A stretch of DNA of 24,650 bases from the IMG/VR virus record IMGVR_UViG_3300020202_000065; one strand, 5' to 3'. The position numbers and the translations under genes are program-made. Below are positions 16,356 through 24,486 of the stretch, one piece after another (within the stretch, counting starts at the first letter, position 1; the number at the start of each line of letters is the position of its first letter). The notes below the pieces were generated by a model that worked only from the letters and a program-made list of their open reading frames with translations, did not search any database and had not been told where the DNA came from. Origin of the DNA: a virus.

Positions 16356-17747
16356 TTAGAACAGACCCGCTGTCTTCTTCTTTTTGCCTCTGCCCTCAGG
16401 CAGTGCGCCCATGGGAGTCGGCGGCGGATCCTCACACTCATCTTTGCCGGCCGCGGGAGGCGCTTGTGCCGGTTCTTCGTCCTTGGCGCCGATGTTCGAA
16501 CCTTCGGTAATCTCGATCGCAGTCGGTGAAGAGTCGTCGACGCGCTCGATCCACACCTGCATGCCGTGCTCTACGGCGTTGTCGATGACCATCTTGAGCG
16601 ACTTGTTGTCAAGCAGACTGCCGTGCCGAATGAAGGCGACTTTCATCTTCGGATTGGCCGCAGCGGCCAGGGCGATTCCGACACGGATTTGCTCGGCGGA
16701 AGAACACTGCTTCAGCGGATTTCCGTTGAAGACGACATTGCCCTCAGCGTCGATGCCCAGGCCGGCGACCGGGAACTTGACGCTTTTCAGGGCAGCCTCG
16801 CGCGCCTCTACCAGCGCGGTAATCTGCTTTTCGAAATCGGTCGATTTCTCTTCGACCTTTTTCAAATCGTCTGCAACCTGCTTGCGCTGCTGAGCCTGGC
16901 GGATCTTCGCATTAGTGGCCTCGGCATTCTTGATCTGAGTGCGAATACCCTCGATCTTGCTCGCGTAATCCACTGGCTCTGAAGCCTTCTTGCGCAGGTC
17001 TGCGAGCTGAGCAGTCAGCGAGTCGCGGTCCTGAGTGAGTTTCTTGATCTGCTGCTCAATCTGTTCCAGTGTGCGCTCGGCAGTCGCGATCTGATTCGCT
17101 CGCAGTTCGGCCTTGCGGTTTTCCTCGAGCAGCTTTGTCATCTCTTCGCTGAGCGCGGTCACAGAAACCAGTTCAGTCGGCAGTTCCGGATCCGGCGCTG
17201 GGTACGACGACAGATTCGCCTGAAGGCGCTTCACGTCGCGATTCACAAACGTGCGCTGCTCACGCAGAGCCTTCTGCTCTGCTGCGTTCTTGTCCAGGTC
17301 GAGTTCTGTAGGGCAGACCGTCAGCAGACGCTTGGCCTGTTCCTTATGATCGAGTTCAGCAAACTCCATCGGATCGAAACCGATGGTATTGATCATGCTT
17401 TCAAGCAGTTGCTGCGGGCTCTTGTAGGTCAGCCCTTCGTGATTGGTGACTTCGAGGTATGATCCAGCCTGAGTAAATTTCCTGCGGACGATCAGTTCCT
17501 GGGTCTTTAAAACGACCTGTGCCTTGTCCTTCCCGTCCCTGATCGGCTTGTCGAGCATGGCGTCGCCGCCGCGCAGCGCCATGACGATCGCATCCAGCAC
17601 TGAGCTTTTGCCTGCGCCGTTCTCGCCTTTGATGATCACCGCGCCGGCTGGATTCTTCTCATCCAACTTTATGTCGACGGCGACGATCCGTTTTACGTTC
17701 TCCGCCTGCAGCGAGATGATGTGCTGCGGCCCCATTTCCTTTGCCAT
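16356..17747 (-). CDS. Rad50/SbcC/SMC-like ABC ATPase with central coiled coil
   Basis: ENVKRI, Walker A GENGAGKS, long heptad region, signature-like CSSAEQ, Walker B/D-loop-like VAFIRHGSLLD. Confidence 0.85.
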   Translation of the reverse strand: MAKEMGPQHIISLQAENVKRIVAVDIKLDEKNPAGAVIIKGENGAGKSSVLDAIVMALRGGDAMLDKPIRDGKDKAQVVLKTQELIVRRKFTQAGSYLEVTNHEGLTYKSPQQLLESMINTIGFDPMEFAELDHKEQAKRLLTVCPTELDLDKNAAEQKALREQRTFVNRDVKRLQANLSSYPAPDPELPTELVSVTALSEEMTKLLEENRKAELRANQIATAERTLEQIEQQIKKLTQDRDSLTAQLADLRKKASEPVDYASKIEGIRTQIKNAEATNAKIRQAQQRKQVADDLKKVEEKSTDFEKQITALVEAREAALKSVKFPVAGLGIDAEGNVVFNGNPLKQCSSAEQIRVGIALAAAANPKMKVAFIRHGSLLDNKSLKMVIDNAVEHGMQVWIERVDDSSPTAIEITEGSNIGAKDEEPAQAPPAAGKDECEDPPPTPMGALPEGRGKKKKTAGLF

Positions 17748-18012
17748 TGTCCTGTCCCTTTTCGCAGAGTTCCACGGCGGCAGCGAAGAAGAGAGGCATC
17801 TCCCCGATATCCTCGCCGCGCTTAGCCATTTCCTTTTCCAGTTTCATGAATGCTTCAATCGGACCGCAGTCGTTATTGCGGCTGATCGTGCTGATGATTT
17901 CGATGAACGGAGCGACGTTCGACTCGTAGTTGTCGCGCATCAAGGACTTAATTGTGTCGCGCACATTTATGAGCCGTTCAGAGGTTGATCTGATCGCCGC
18001 TATGTTCATCAT
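17659..18012 (-). CDS. Hypothetical protein
   Basis: ATG 18012 (GGAG upstream, ATGA overlap); tail overlaps next gene by 89 nt. Confidence 0.65.
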   Translation of the reverse strand: MMNIAAIRSTSERLINVRDTIKSLMRDNYESNVAPFIEIISTISRNNDCGPIEAFMKLEKEMAKRGEDIGEMPLFFAAAVELCEKGQDNGKGNGAAAHHLAAGGERKTDRRRRHKVG

Positions 18013-18428
18013 TTTTTCTCCGCCAGTTCCTTGAAGTACGTTGCGGCCTGGGCCGTGGTCTCGGGTGTCAGTTGACTGCGGAGACGCTCGGGTAGAGGGA
18101 CCTCGTTCTTGAAGAACCAGTCCAGCATGCGGCAAGCTTCAATCACGGTCTTCGCTTTGGCATTCCGGTAGTCGTTCAGTTCCTTGCGGTTGTCTGCGGC
18201 CCAGTCGTAGGCGATCAGTTGCGCCGCGCGCTCGTTATCCACGTTCGTGTCGGATGCGCGCTGGTTCACCTTTTCTTCGAACTGCTTGGCCCATTTTCGT
18301 TCCGTCTCAGGGTCGCTCTTCCGTTCGATATAGAGCGCGACAGCGTCACGAAGCTGCTGCAGCGACTCTGCGCCCTCGGTCAACGTCGACAGCATGATCA
18401 CCAGAAGTACGATCGCTCTGTTTTGCAC
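18009..18428 (-). CDS. Putative secreted helical protein
   Basis: GTG start, AAGGA upstream; signal-peptide-like MQNRAIVLLVIMLSTLTEGA. Confidence 0.7.
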   Translation of the reverse strand: MQNRAIVLLVIMLSTLTEGAESLQQLRDAVALYIERKSDPETERKWAKQFEEKVNQRASDTNVDNERAAQLIAYDWAADNRKELNDYRNAKAKTVIEACRMLDWFFKNEVPLPERLRSQLTPETTAQAATYFKELAEKK

Positions 18429-18774
18429 AGATGAGTTCCTTTCCTTCTTTGAAGGTTCCCGCTTTGAACTGGTCCGGGAATTCGCGTTTGAGAATGTGAA
18501 ACAGCTTCACCGGCTCGAGCCGATTGAAATCCTTGAGGACGAGATTGATCCAGCGTGGAGAGAGGTCTTTCACCGAAATGGATTCCATTCGGTAGAAGAG
18601 GTAGTAGCCGAAGTAATTCTTCTCGGCCGTGTCGAAGCTATTGAGCAGTTCCCATAGCTCGATTTCTTCCGTTGTGGCTGGGCGCCGGCCGTCCTTTCGC
18701 ACAACCTGGCCGTCCGTGATTCGGAACAGCATGCGCGTAGGTTCAACCGGTCTGTTGTTTGCGCTCGATCCCAT
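18346..18774 (-). CDS. Hypothetical protein
   Basis: GGAG upstream of ATG; tail overlaps next gene by 83 nt. Confidence 0.7.
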   Translation of the reverse strand: MGSSANNRPVEPTRMLFRITDGQVVRKDGRRPATTEEIELWELLNSFDTAEKNYFGYYLFYRMESISVKDLSPRWINLVLKDFNRLEPVKLFHILKREFPDQFKAGTFKEGKELICAKQSDRTSGDHAVDVDRGRRVAAAAS

Positions 18775-18808
18775 GTCCGTCTCTCCGAAAGCAGTTATTG
18801 AAAAACAG

Positions 18809-19075
18809 CTACCCGATCTTTTGAGCCTTCATGTATTCCTGCAGGTTCTGCCTGTGCGCCGGGATGAGATAGGCTTTGTGCTTGTTCAGTGCCTTCTCGA
18901 CCTGAAACCCGGCGATGCTCTTGTCTGTTTCCTTCAACTTGTCGGCTGCGGCCTGGATGCGCTGTGCCGCTGCTTCAAGGTCGAGCCAACCCTGCTCAAC
19001 TTCCTTGAACAGCGGCGTCAGATCCTGGCCGTTGTCCTGCATCACTTGCTCCTGCGTCTGTGCTTCCTGGTCCAT
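18809..19075 (-). CDS. Hypothetical helical protein (88 aa)
   Basis: Start moved to ATG 19075 with AGGAG upstream. Confidence 0.7.
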   Translation of the reverse strand: MDQEAQTQEQVMQDNGQDLTPLFKEVEQGWLDLEAAAQRIQAAADKLKETDKSIAGFQVEKALNKHKAYLIPAHRQNLQEYMKAQKIG

Positions 19076-19304
19076 TTGCCTCTCCTGTGGGAACGGGCAG
19101 CGGCTTGGTAATGAGCTGCACCGTTCGGTGCTCGTGCGTTCCGTTGTCAGCAACAACGGCCGTCTGAACGTCAAGGTCGATGTAGTCGAGTCCGTTCGTC
19201 ACACGGATCTTCGAGAGGGGAATGGCGAGGTGAACCTTGCGACCAGCCTTGATGTCGTCGAACTCAGCCTGGGACGCGCCTATGGTGACAATCTGTTCGC
19301 TCAT
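18996..19304 (-). CDS. Hypothetical protein
   Basis: ATG 19304 with GGAG upstream; tail overlaps next gene by 80 nt. Confidence 0.65.
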   Translation of the reverse strand: MSEQIVTIGASQAEFDDIKAGRKVHLAIPLSKIRVTNGLDYIDLDVQTAVVADNGTHEHRTVQLITKPLPVPTGEANGPGSTDAGASDAGQRPGSDAAVQGS

Positions 19305-19364
19305 AAATCTCTCCAAAATCCGGGTGAAACTCGCTCAAACTGCTGCAAATCAGGCCGAAACCGC

Positions 19365-19520
19365 TCAGCCTCCCAACGAATCGTTCTCGAACAGCACAGC
19401 CAGCTCGGGATCAATCTCAGGCTGCTCTGCCTGCTGAACAGCTGGCTCACGGCGCTCTGCGATTCCCTCTTCCGGCGCCGGCGCGAAGTGAAAAAGCTTC
19501 TGTTCTTCCGGGTCTGTCAT
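19365..19520 (-). CDS. Small very acidic protein (51 aa), not in ORF track
   Basis: GGAGG RBS; MTDPEEQKLFHFAPAPEEGIAERREPAVQQAEQPEIDPELAVLFENDSLGG. Confidence 0.6.
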   Translation of the reverse strand: MTDPEEQKLFHFAPAPEEGIAERREPAVQQAEQPEIDPELAVLFENDSLGG

Positions 19521-19545
19521 TGCCCCTCCGTTCAAAACCTGCGCG

Positions 19546-20199
19546 CTACTGCGCAGGCTCGTCTTTCGGCAGTCCGTCCATAGAAATCTGTCCGGCCGCG
19601 GTCGAGACCACAGTCGGCAACGCTTCGCGCGCTCGCGGCGGATCCACGGTGACCGACTCGAACTTCTTTTCTTTGAAAACGAACGCGTCAGTGATCGGAA
19701 TGAACTGGTCTGCGGCCTTGATCATCTCGCCGGCTGTTGAACGCTCGAAGCTGACCAGTTCAACTCGGCAGCCCAGGCTCTTCAGCGATTCGACCAGCGG
19801 CGTAAAGGCGCTGTCGCCCGAGACCAGAACGATGGTGTCAACGCGCAGGGCCAGAGCCATGGCATCGATCGTCAATTCGACCGCGGCATTGCTGCGCTGA
19901 ACCTCAGGCGCACCGTCCGTGCCGATGCGAACCTTCAGTTCCTTGACCTTGGTCTCAAAGCCAACACGGCGCAGCGCTTCGTGGAAACCGGACTGGTTTA
20001 CATCCGGCTTCTGCACAATATAGGCAATGGCCCGGATCAGATGCCGGGATCCGACTATTTCGCGCAGAAGCTTGAAATAGTCGACCTTCCCCTGATGCCC
20101 GAGCTTCGCCGAGTAGTACATGTTCATCACGTCCACCAGCACAGCGATGCGCTGCGGAAACGTGCGTGCGACCGATACGGCTTGTGCTTCGTCAGACAT
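19546..20199 (-). CDS. NYN domain protein (LabA/DUF88, PIN-like fold)
   Basis: IAVLVDVMNMY, LIRAIAY, VELTIDAM, VLVSGDSAFTPLV..L...G.RVE, ADQFI. Confidence 0.9.
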   Translation of the reverse strand: MSDEAQAVSVARTFPQRIAVLVDVMNMYYSAKLGHQGKVDYFKLLREIVGSRHLIRAIAYIVQKPDVNQSGFHEALRRVGFETKVKELKVRIGTDGAPEVQRSNAAVELTIDAMALALRVDTIVLVSGDSAFTPLVESLKSLGCRVELVSFERSTAGEMIKAADQFIPITDAFVFKEKKFESVTVDPPRAREALPTVVSTAAGQISMDGLPKDEPAQ

Positions 20200-20229
20200 A
20201 GATAGAACCCTTTCAATCGTGTGGGCATC

Positions 20230-20922
20230 TCAGCCCACGTAATCCGCTGCGATCATCAGGCAGGCACGCACCTTCCCGAGATTCAGCGCTTTGTCGTCTG
20301 CTGAGCGCACACGAGTCTCCATGTCGATGCAGATGGTCTGATCGCCCACGACGTCCTCGATGCGCTTGAGCTGGTCTTTCAGGTTTTCAGGCCCCAGACC
20401 GCCGGCGTAGGTACAGAGCACGCCTGGAACGGGCTTCGGCCAGGCTGCCGGGAGAATTCCGGCGCCGTGCGAAAGGTCGAAGATTGGAACAGCGTTGACA
20501 CCCAGGCGCAGCGCTTCCTGGAACACGGCATTGTTCACGTCATCGATCTGGAAGATGATCTGCTGTGTGAGCCGCTTCATCTTCACGTAGAACTCGGGGG
20601 AAAACTCGTGCGTCTGCCCGTGGAAGTTCAGCTGCACCCGCGGGAAGCGGAAGGCATGGCGCCAGAAGTTCTCCGGCATGCCGCCGCGGGCAATGGCGCG
20701 AACCCATTGGCCACAGACATGCGCAGAAAGGTTCAGCCCCTTTCCTTCGCGCGCGAGTTCGCCCTGCCACGCGTCCGAGGGGAAGCGCGGGATCCCGTCG
20801 CGCGCATTGGCGGACATCAGGATTCCCCATTCGACAAACGGGAAGTCCTTAGAGATCTCGTTGAGTTCCTTGACCGAGACCGAATCGTCGGCGCCGGTGA
20901 TTGTGCAGAAGTGAAGCTTCAT
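20230..20922 (-). CDS. TrpF (PRA isomerase)-like TIM-barrel phage protein
   Basis: Start moved to ATG 20922; TITGAD, VEWGIL, SAHVCG, RVQLN, FDLSHGAG, YAGGLGPENL, IDMETRVRS. Confidence 0.7.
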   Translation of the reverse strand: MKLHFCTITGADDSVSVKELNEISKDFPFVEWGILMSANARDGIPRFPSDAWQGELAREGKGLNLSAHVCGQWVRAIARGGMPENFWRHAFRFPRVQLNFHGQTHEFSPEFYVKMKRLTQQIIFQIDDVNNAVFQEALRLGVNAVPIFDLSHGAGILPAAWPKPVPGVLCTYAGGLGPENLKDQLKRIEDVVGDQTICIDMETRVRSADDKALNLGKVRACLMIAADYVG

Positions 20923-20926
20923 GGTC

Positions 20927-21391
20927 TCAAACCTCTGTCCAGTTGCCGGCGCCGAATTTGATGTCCAGATAGCGCACCCAATGCAGCCATCCGGATGGCG
21001 TGTGAAAGCCCCACTCGCGACGCTTCGGGCCGGTAAACACAAGCGTCCATGTGGTTGTGTTGGGTTCGAGAATGAGCCGATGCGCGTCTTCGGCGCGATG
21101 GCGGATGATGTCGCCCTGCTCCCACCAGCATTCGAGGTTTGCGGTCGTGCCGTCTTCGAAAACGACACGATTCACCTCGGTGTAGCCGCCTTTGAGAATG
21201 ATCGAGGTGAAGTCCCAGGGATGGTCATGCAGGTCACGGTCACCGTCGCTGCGCAGGATCTGATGCAGATACACGTTGCCCCAGCGACACTCGAAAATGT
21301 AAAAGCGGCGCAGGTACGGCTGGCCGGCCTCATCGCAGATGGTCTTTGAGAACTTCAATCGAGAGAGCAGCTTGCGGAAAATTTGAAACAT
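20927..21391 (-). CDS. Cupin-fold phage protein
   Basis: YLH.I.RSD.DRDLHDHPW.F.S.IL.GGY.E...HR...WTLVFTGP..REWGF; HxH...E...H metal ligands. Confidence 0.8.
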   Translation of the reverse strand: MFQIFRKLLSRLKFSKTICDEAGQPYLRRFYIFECRWGNVYLHQILRSDGDRDLHDHPWDFTSIILKGGYTEVNRVVFEDGTTANLECWWEQGDIIRHRAEDAHRLILEPNTTTWTLVFTGPKRREWGFHTPSGWLHWVRYLDIKFGAGNWTEV

Positions 21392-21465
21392 GACACTTCT
21401 CCATCACGGCGGTGGACGCCGGATCCAGTTGGGTCAGATCATTCAGTGCGCAGAGGGTTACAGCG

Positions 21466-21687
21466 TTAGGACACGGCGACGGACACTTCGCCCGTCGTAC
21501 GGCTTTGCTTCACACGCAGCAGCGACTGCATGTAAGGCGAGAGTTCAACCTGCATGTCGCGATGCCGCTCATTGAAGCCAGTGGCGCGGTCACTCAACTC
21601 GCCGACGTAGCGATCGAGCGCCGGCGGCGGATTGTCCGTTCCCTGCTTCGTTAAGTGTTCCTTCACGATGTCGAATGTTGAAAGCAC
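21466..21687 (-). CDS. Hypothetical protein (73 aa)
   Basis: GGAGG RBS before GTG. Confidence 0.65.
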   Translation of the reverse strand: MLSTFDIVKEHLTKQGTDNPPPALDRYVGELSDRATGFNERHRDMQVELSPYMQSLLRVKQSRTTGEVSVAVS

Positions 21688-21713
21688 GATACCTCCCCTT
21701 GAAAAAGTTTTGG

Positions 21714-22433
21714 TTAAGAAGCTTCAAACAAAATTTTTGGAGCGTTGGGATGCTCTCTCCAACAGTACGAGCGCTCTGCCTCGGCCATGTCGATGCACAC
21801 CCAGCCGCGGCTTGGAATCCACAGCCAGTCGATCGACCAGGCGCCGTAAAAGACACGGCCGGCCTTTTCCGAAAGCGCGGTCAGTTCAGCGACCTCATCT
21901 GGGCGCTCAACGTTGATCCACGCCAAATGTTTGTCCCAGTTGGGATCCGACGGCCGCTGAATCGACTCGGGTGGCCAGTACGGATGGTGGCCTACGACCT
22001 TCCCGTCCTTGATCCAGTAGCGCCGTTCCTTGCAGATCGGTGTGTCATTGAAGGCGCGGAACGCTGGCTCGATCGGCAGGAACTCACGCACGACCCAGAT
22101 ATTCGATGGCAGGCCCAGCAGATCACAGCACTCGCAGTACTCGGAAATTTCGCGGACGTTGCGATCGATCTGCGACTCTGAAGCCAGGAAGCAGGTTCGG
22201 CTCCAACTGTGCTTATTGCTGGTGTGGCCCGATCGGAGGAAAGCCGGGTATCCGCCAACTTCCTTGGCGGCCTTGGCGATCGCATTGAGCAGCTTTTGCG
22301 GAATGGGCTGGTCTGAGAACACGTACCCAGACACATGATCGCCGGCGTCGATGATCACCGTCTTGGGAACCGGTACCCCCGTCTTCTGAAGCAGGGGAAA
22401 CCAGTAAGAGATGCAGCAGCGAGGGTCACGCAT
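21714..22433 (-). CDS. ATP-grasp fold protein (R2K/Cdc123-like)
   Basis: VPVPKT, PAFLRS...S.KH.W, WVVREFL, ERRYWI.DG, WSIDW......W..ID; 8-nt overlap with integrase stop. Confidence 0.65.
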   Translation of the reverse strand: MRDPRCCISYWFPLLQKTGVPVPKTVIIDAGDHVSGYVFSDQPIPQKLLNAIAKAAKEVGGYPAFLRSGHTSNKHSWSRTCFLASESQIDRNVREISEYCECCDLLGLPSNIWVVREFLPIEPAFRAFNDTPICKERRYWIKDGKVVGHHPYWPPESIQRPSDPNWDKHLAWINVERPDEVAELTALSEKAGRVFYGAWSIDWLWIPSRGWVCIDMAEAERSYCWREHPNAPKILFEAS

Positions 22434-24018
22434 TGGACGCGTCCCTCCGTGCCACCGCGGCGGCGAGCTCGCGCAGTTCAGCGACGAGTTCCGCCTCGCG
22501 AGAATTTTGTCCCGATCCCTCCCCAGTCATTGGATTCCCAAGGGGGAGAACAGAGAACCCGGCAGAGTCCGGTTTGGGATCGGGGACGTTCGGGCGCGGC
22601 GCGTCGACACCGCGCCGTCCCGTTGCGGACCGCATTGCGGCCGCATTCTTCATTTGTCGATTTGTGATCGGATTGTGATCAGAACTGTTGCACGGGTGCT
22701 GCACTTCATTGTTTGCACAGTTTTGTGCAACACCCTGACACTGACAGGATTTAGAGTGAGTTGTGTCGACTTCTGTCTGAGAAGTGACTGGGTTCAGAAA
22801 TGGTCGGGGCGGCGGGATTTGAACCCGCGACCTCTGCGAAGTCGGGGTCATGTCTAACTCTCTGGGGCTCTGGGACCTACGTTGAAGAAAACTCGCGATC
22901 TTTTTCGGGGGCCGCATTGTGGCCGCATTCCCCGTCAAAGAGGTTCGCACCATGGATCCCACGCTCTCGGCCAGATTCTTCAGCCGTGCGTCTCGGGCCT
23001 TGGCGTACGTGTTCATCGTCAGCTTCGGATCGGAGTGGCGGGCAAGGGCCTGGGCCTCTTTCACCGACGCACCGCTCTCAACCACAAACGTCGTATAGGC
23101 AACGCGGCACGCGTGGAAGTCAACCTTCCCATCGGGATGGTCCGTTTCCCGATGCTTGATGCCGCAGCGATCGAGGTCTTTCTTGAGGTAGCGGGCGGGG
23201 TGGGCAGGAACCCAGAGCAGGCGTTCACCCGGTTCCTTTTCTTTCACTGACTTCGCCAGATCTTCAACCAGATGCTGGGGCAGGGGCTGGAAATCGTCCT
23301 GCCGGTTCTTCGTCCAGCTCGACCGAAGAACAAGTCCGCCGCGGTCGACGTCGAGATCCGAAACGATCAGCGATCGGAGTTCATTGGCGCGCAGTCCTGA
23401 GCAGAACGCTACCTCGTAACAGAGACGGCGGTGGGGAGCGCAGGTGTTCAGCAGCAACTGTATCTCCCCCTTTGTCAATGCCCGGCGCTTGATCTTCGGC
23501 GACGTGTCGAAGCGGCCTAGTTGCTTCAGTGGATCGGCTTCGAGATAATTTCTCTTTACGAGAAAATCGCAAAAAGCAGAAATTCCTTCGGAATAATTTG
23601 CGAGGGTCTTCCCAGCCGCGCCCCCATCCGAAAGTTTTTTCAGCGTCGCTTCCACTCGAGATAGACACCCGTTCAACTCGGCAACCTTCTCAACACTCAG
23701 TTCCGAGATCCAAAATTCCAGGTGAGCCTTTCTCATCCGGAAATGCGTCTTGCCCCAAGGTTTTCCGTTCCGGCCGCCGTTCAGGGCACCCCACGCCAGA
23801 TACTGCTTCACCACTTCTCTGCAGCTGGCACCGCTTTCGACGCCAGCCGCCAATCCAAGCCGCACCGGCAAGAATTTTTTCTCTAGCGCAATCGCCAGAT
23901 TTCGAGTCTCTGTCTTATTGTCGCTTCCGGTGAAGTGTCTCTGAATTCCAGCACCATCGAGATAATAACCACGATACTTACCGTTCGGTTCCTTCCTGTT
24001 CCGTACCCCTGCCATCAT
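22426..24018 (-). CDS. int: Tyrosine integrase with long C-terminal extension spanning attP
   Basis: GLRANEL (R), TKN (K), FHACR (HxxR), ARHS...TMNTY (H, Y); about 190 further codons after the catalytic Tyr; start 24018 or 24015. Confidence 0.93.
   Translation of the reverse strand: MMAGVRNRKEPNGKYRGYYLDGAGIQRHFTGSDNKTETRNLAIALEKKFLPVRLGLAAGVESGASCREVVKQYLAWGALNGGRNGKPWGKTHFRMRKAHLEFWISELSVEKVAELNGCLSRVEATLKKLSDGGAAGKTLANYSEGISAFCDFLVKRNYLEADPLKQLGRFDTSPKIKRRALTKGEIQLLLNTCAPHRRLCYEVAFCSGLRANELRSLIVSDLDVDRGGLVLRSSWTKNRQDDFQPLPQHLVEDLAKSVKEKEPGERLLWVPAHPARYLKKDLDRCGIKHRETDHPDGKVDFHACRVAYTTFVVESGASVKEAQALARHSDPKLTMNTYAKARDARLKNLAESVGSMVRTSLTGNAATMRPPKKIASFLQRRSQSPRELDMTPTSQRSRVQIPPPRPFLNPVTSQTEVDTTHSKSCQCQGVAQNCANNEVQHPCNSSDHNPITNRQMKNAAAMRSATGRRGVDAPRPNVPDPKPDSAGFSVLPLGNPMTGEGSGQNSREAELVAELRELAAAVARRDASNA
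22628..22930. repeat. Arm-type direct repeats flanking the att core
   Basis: CCGCATTGCGGCCGCATTC (22630-22648) and CCGCATTGTGGCCGCATTC (22912-22930), 18/19 identical, each a tandem of G(G/A)CCGCATT with 11-bp period. Confidence 0.8.
22801..22838 (-). other. att core: 3' portion of a tRNA-Pro gene
   Basis: Minus strand CGCAG AGGTC GCGGG TTCAAAT CCCGC CGCCCCG A CCA = variable loop, T arm, acceptor 3' strand, G72/A73, CCA; no 5' half upstream. Confidence 0.88.
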
Positions 24019-24039
24019 TCCCCCCAACAAAAATAACCA

Positions 24040-24486
24040 TCATTTCACCATGAAGAAAAAGAACGCCTTGACGTACGCCTGTGTTTTCGAGTCGAGATTC
24101 ATGTACTCGGCCTTCGACATCTGCTTCATCTCGCCACTCGCAATCTTCCCAGCCATGATCCGGACCTGAATCTTTTCAATGTCCGAGAGCACGGTCCACG
24201 CCGGATGATTGATTAAGTGCTCGTTCAACTTCTCCGCGCGCGCGTCAATTTCTGCCTGGCGTTCAGCCTCGAGTTCCTTCTTCGACTTCTTCTTCTCGGG
24301 CGGCGGCGCAACCTTCACTTTCTTCCTCGGCTTCTCAGCAGGCTCAGCCGCGGCAACACCCTTATCCTCTCCCTTATCCGCACCCTTAACCGTCGCGTCT
24401 TCGGGCGGCGCCGGCGGTTTGACCGGCTTTTCCTCCCCGTAAACCCCGCCAACGGCGAGCGCGCACAGCAGAATCACCCATCGCAT
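24040..24486 (-). CDS. Putative secreted protein with Lys/Pro-rich linker
   Basis: Start moved to ATG 24486; signal-like MRWVILLCALAVGGVYG-EE. Confidence 0.75.
   Translation of the reverse strand: MRWVILLCALAVGGVYGEEKPVKPPAPPEDATVKGADKGEDKGVAAAEPAEKPRKKVKVAPPPEKKKSKKELEAERQAEIDARAEKLNEHLINHPAWTVLSDIEKIQVRIMAGKIASGEMKQMSKAEYMNLDSKTQAYVKAFFFFMVK

Noticed and set aside
20230-20922. Bona fide trpF
   Set aside because: No other trp genes and the N-terminal KICG motif is absent; only the fold-level similarity is supportable
22426-22470. ssrA-like degron at the end of the long integrase
   Set aside because: Ends RRDASNA, not a convincing LAA/AA terminus
22801-22877. Complete tRNA-Pro gene
   Set aside because: No 5' acceptor strand (CGGGGCG), D arm or Pro anticodon loop upstream; only the 3' part is present
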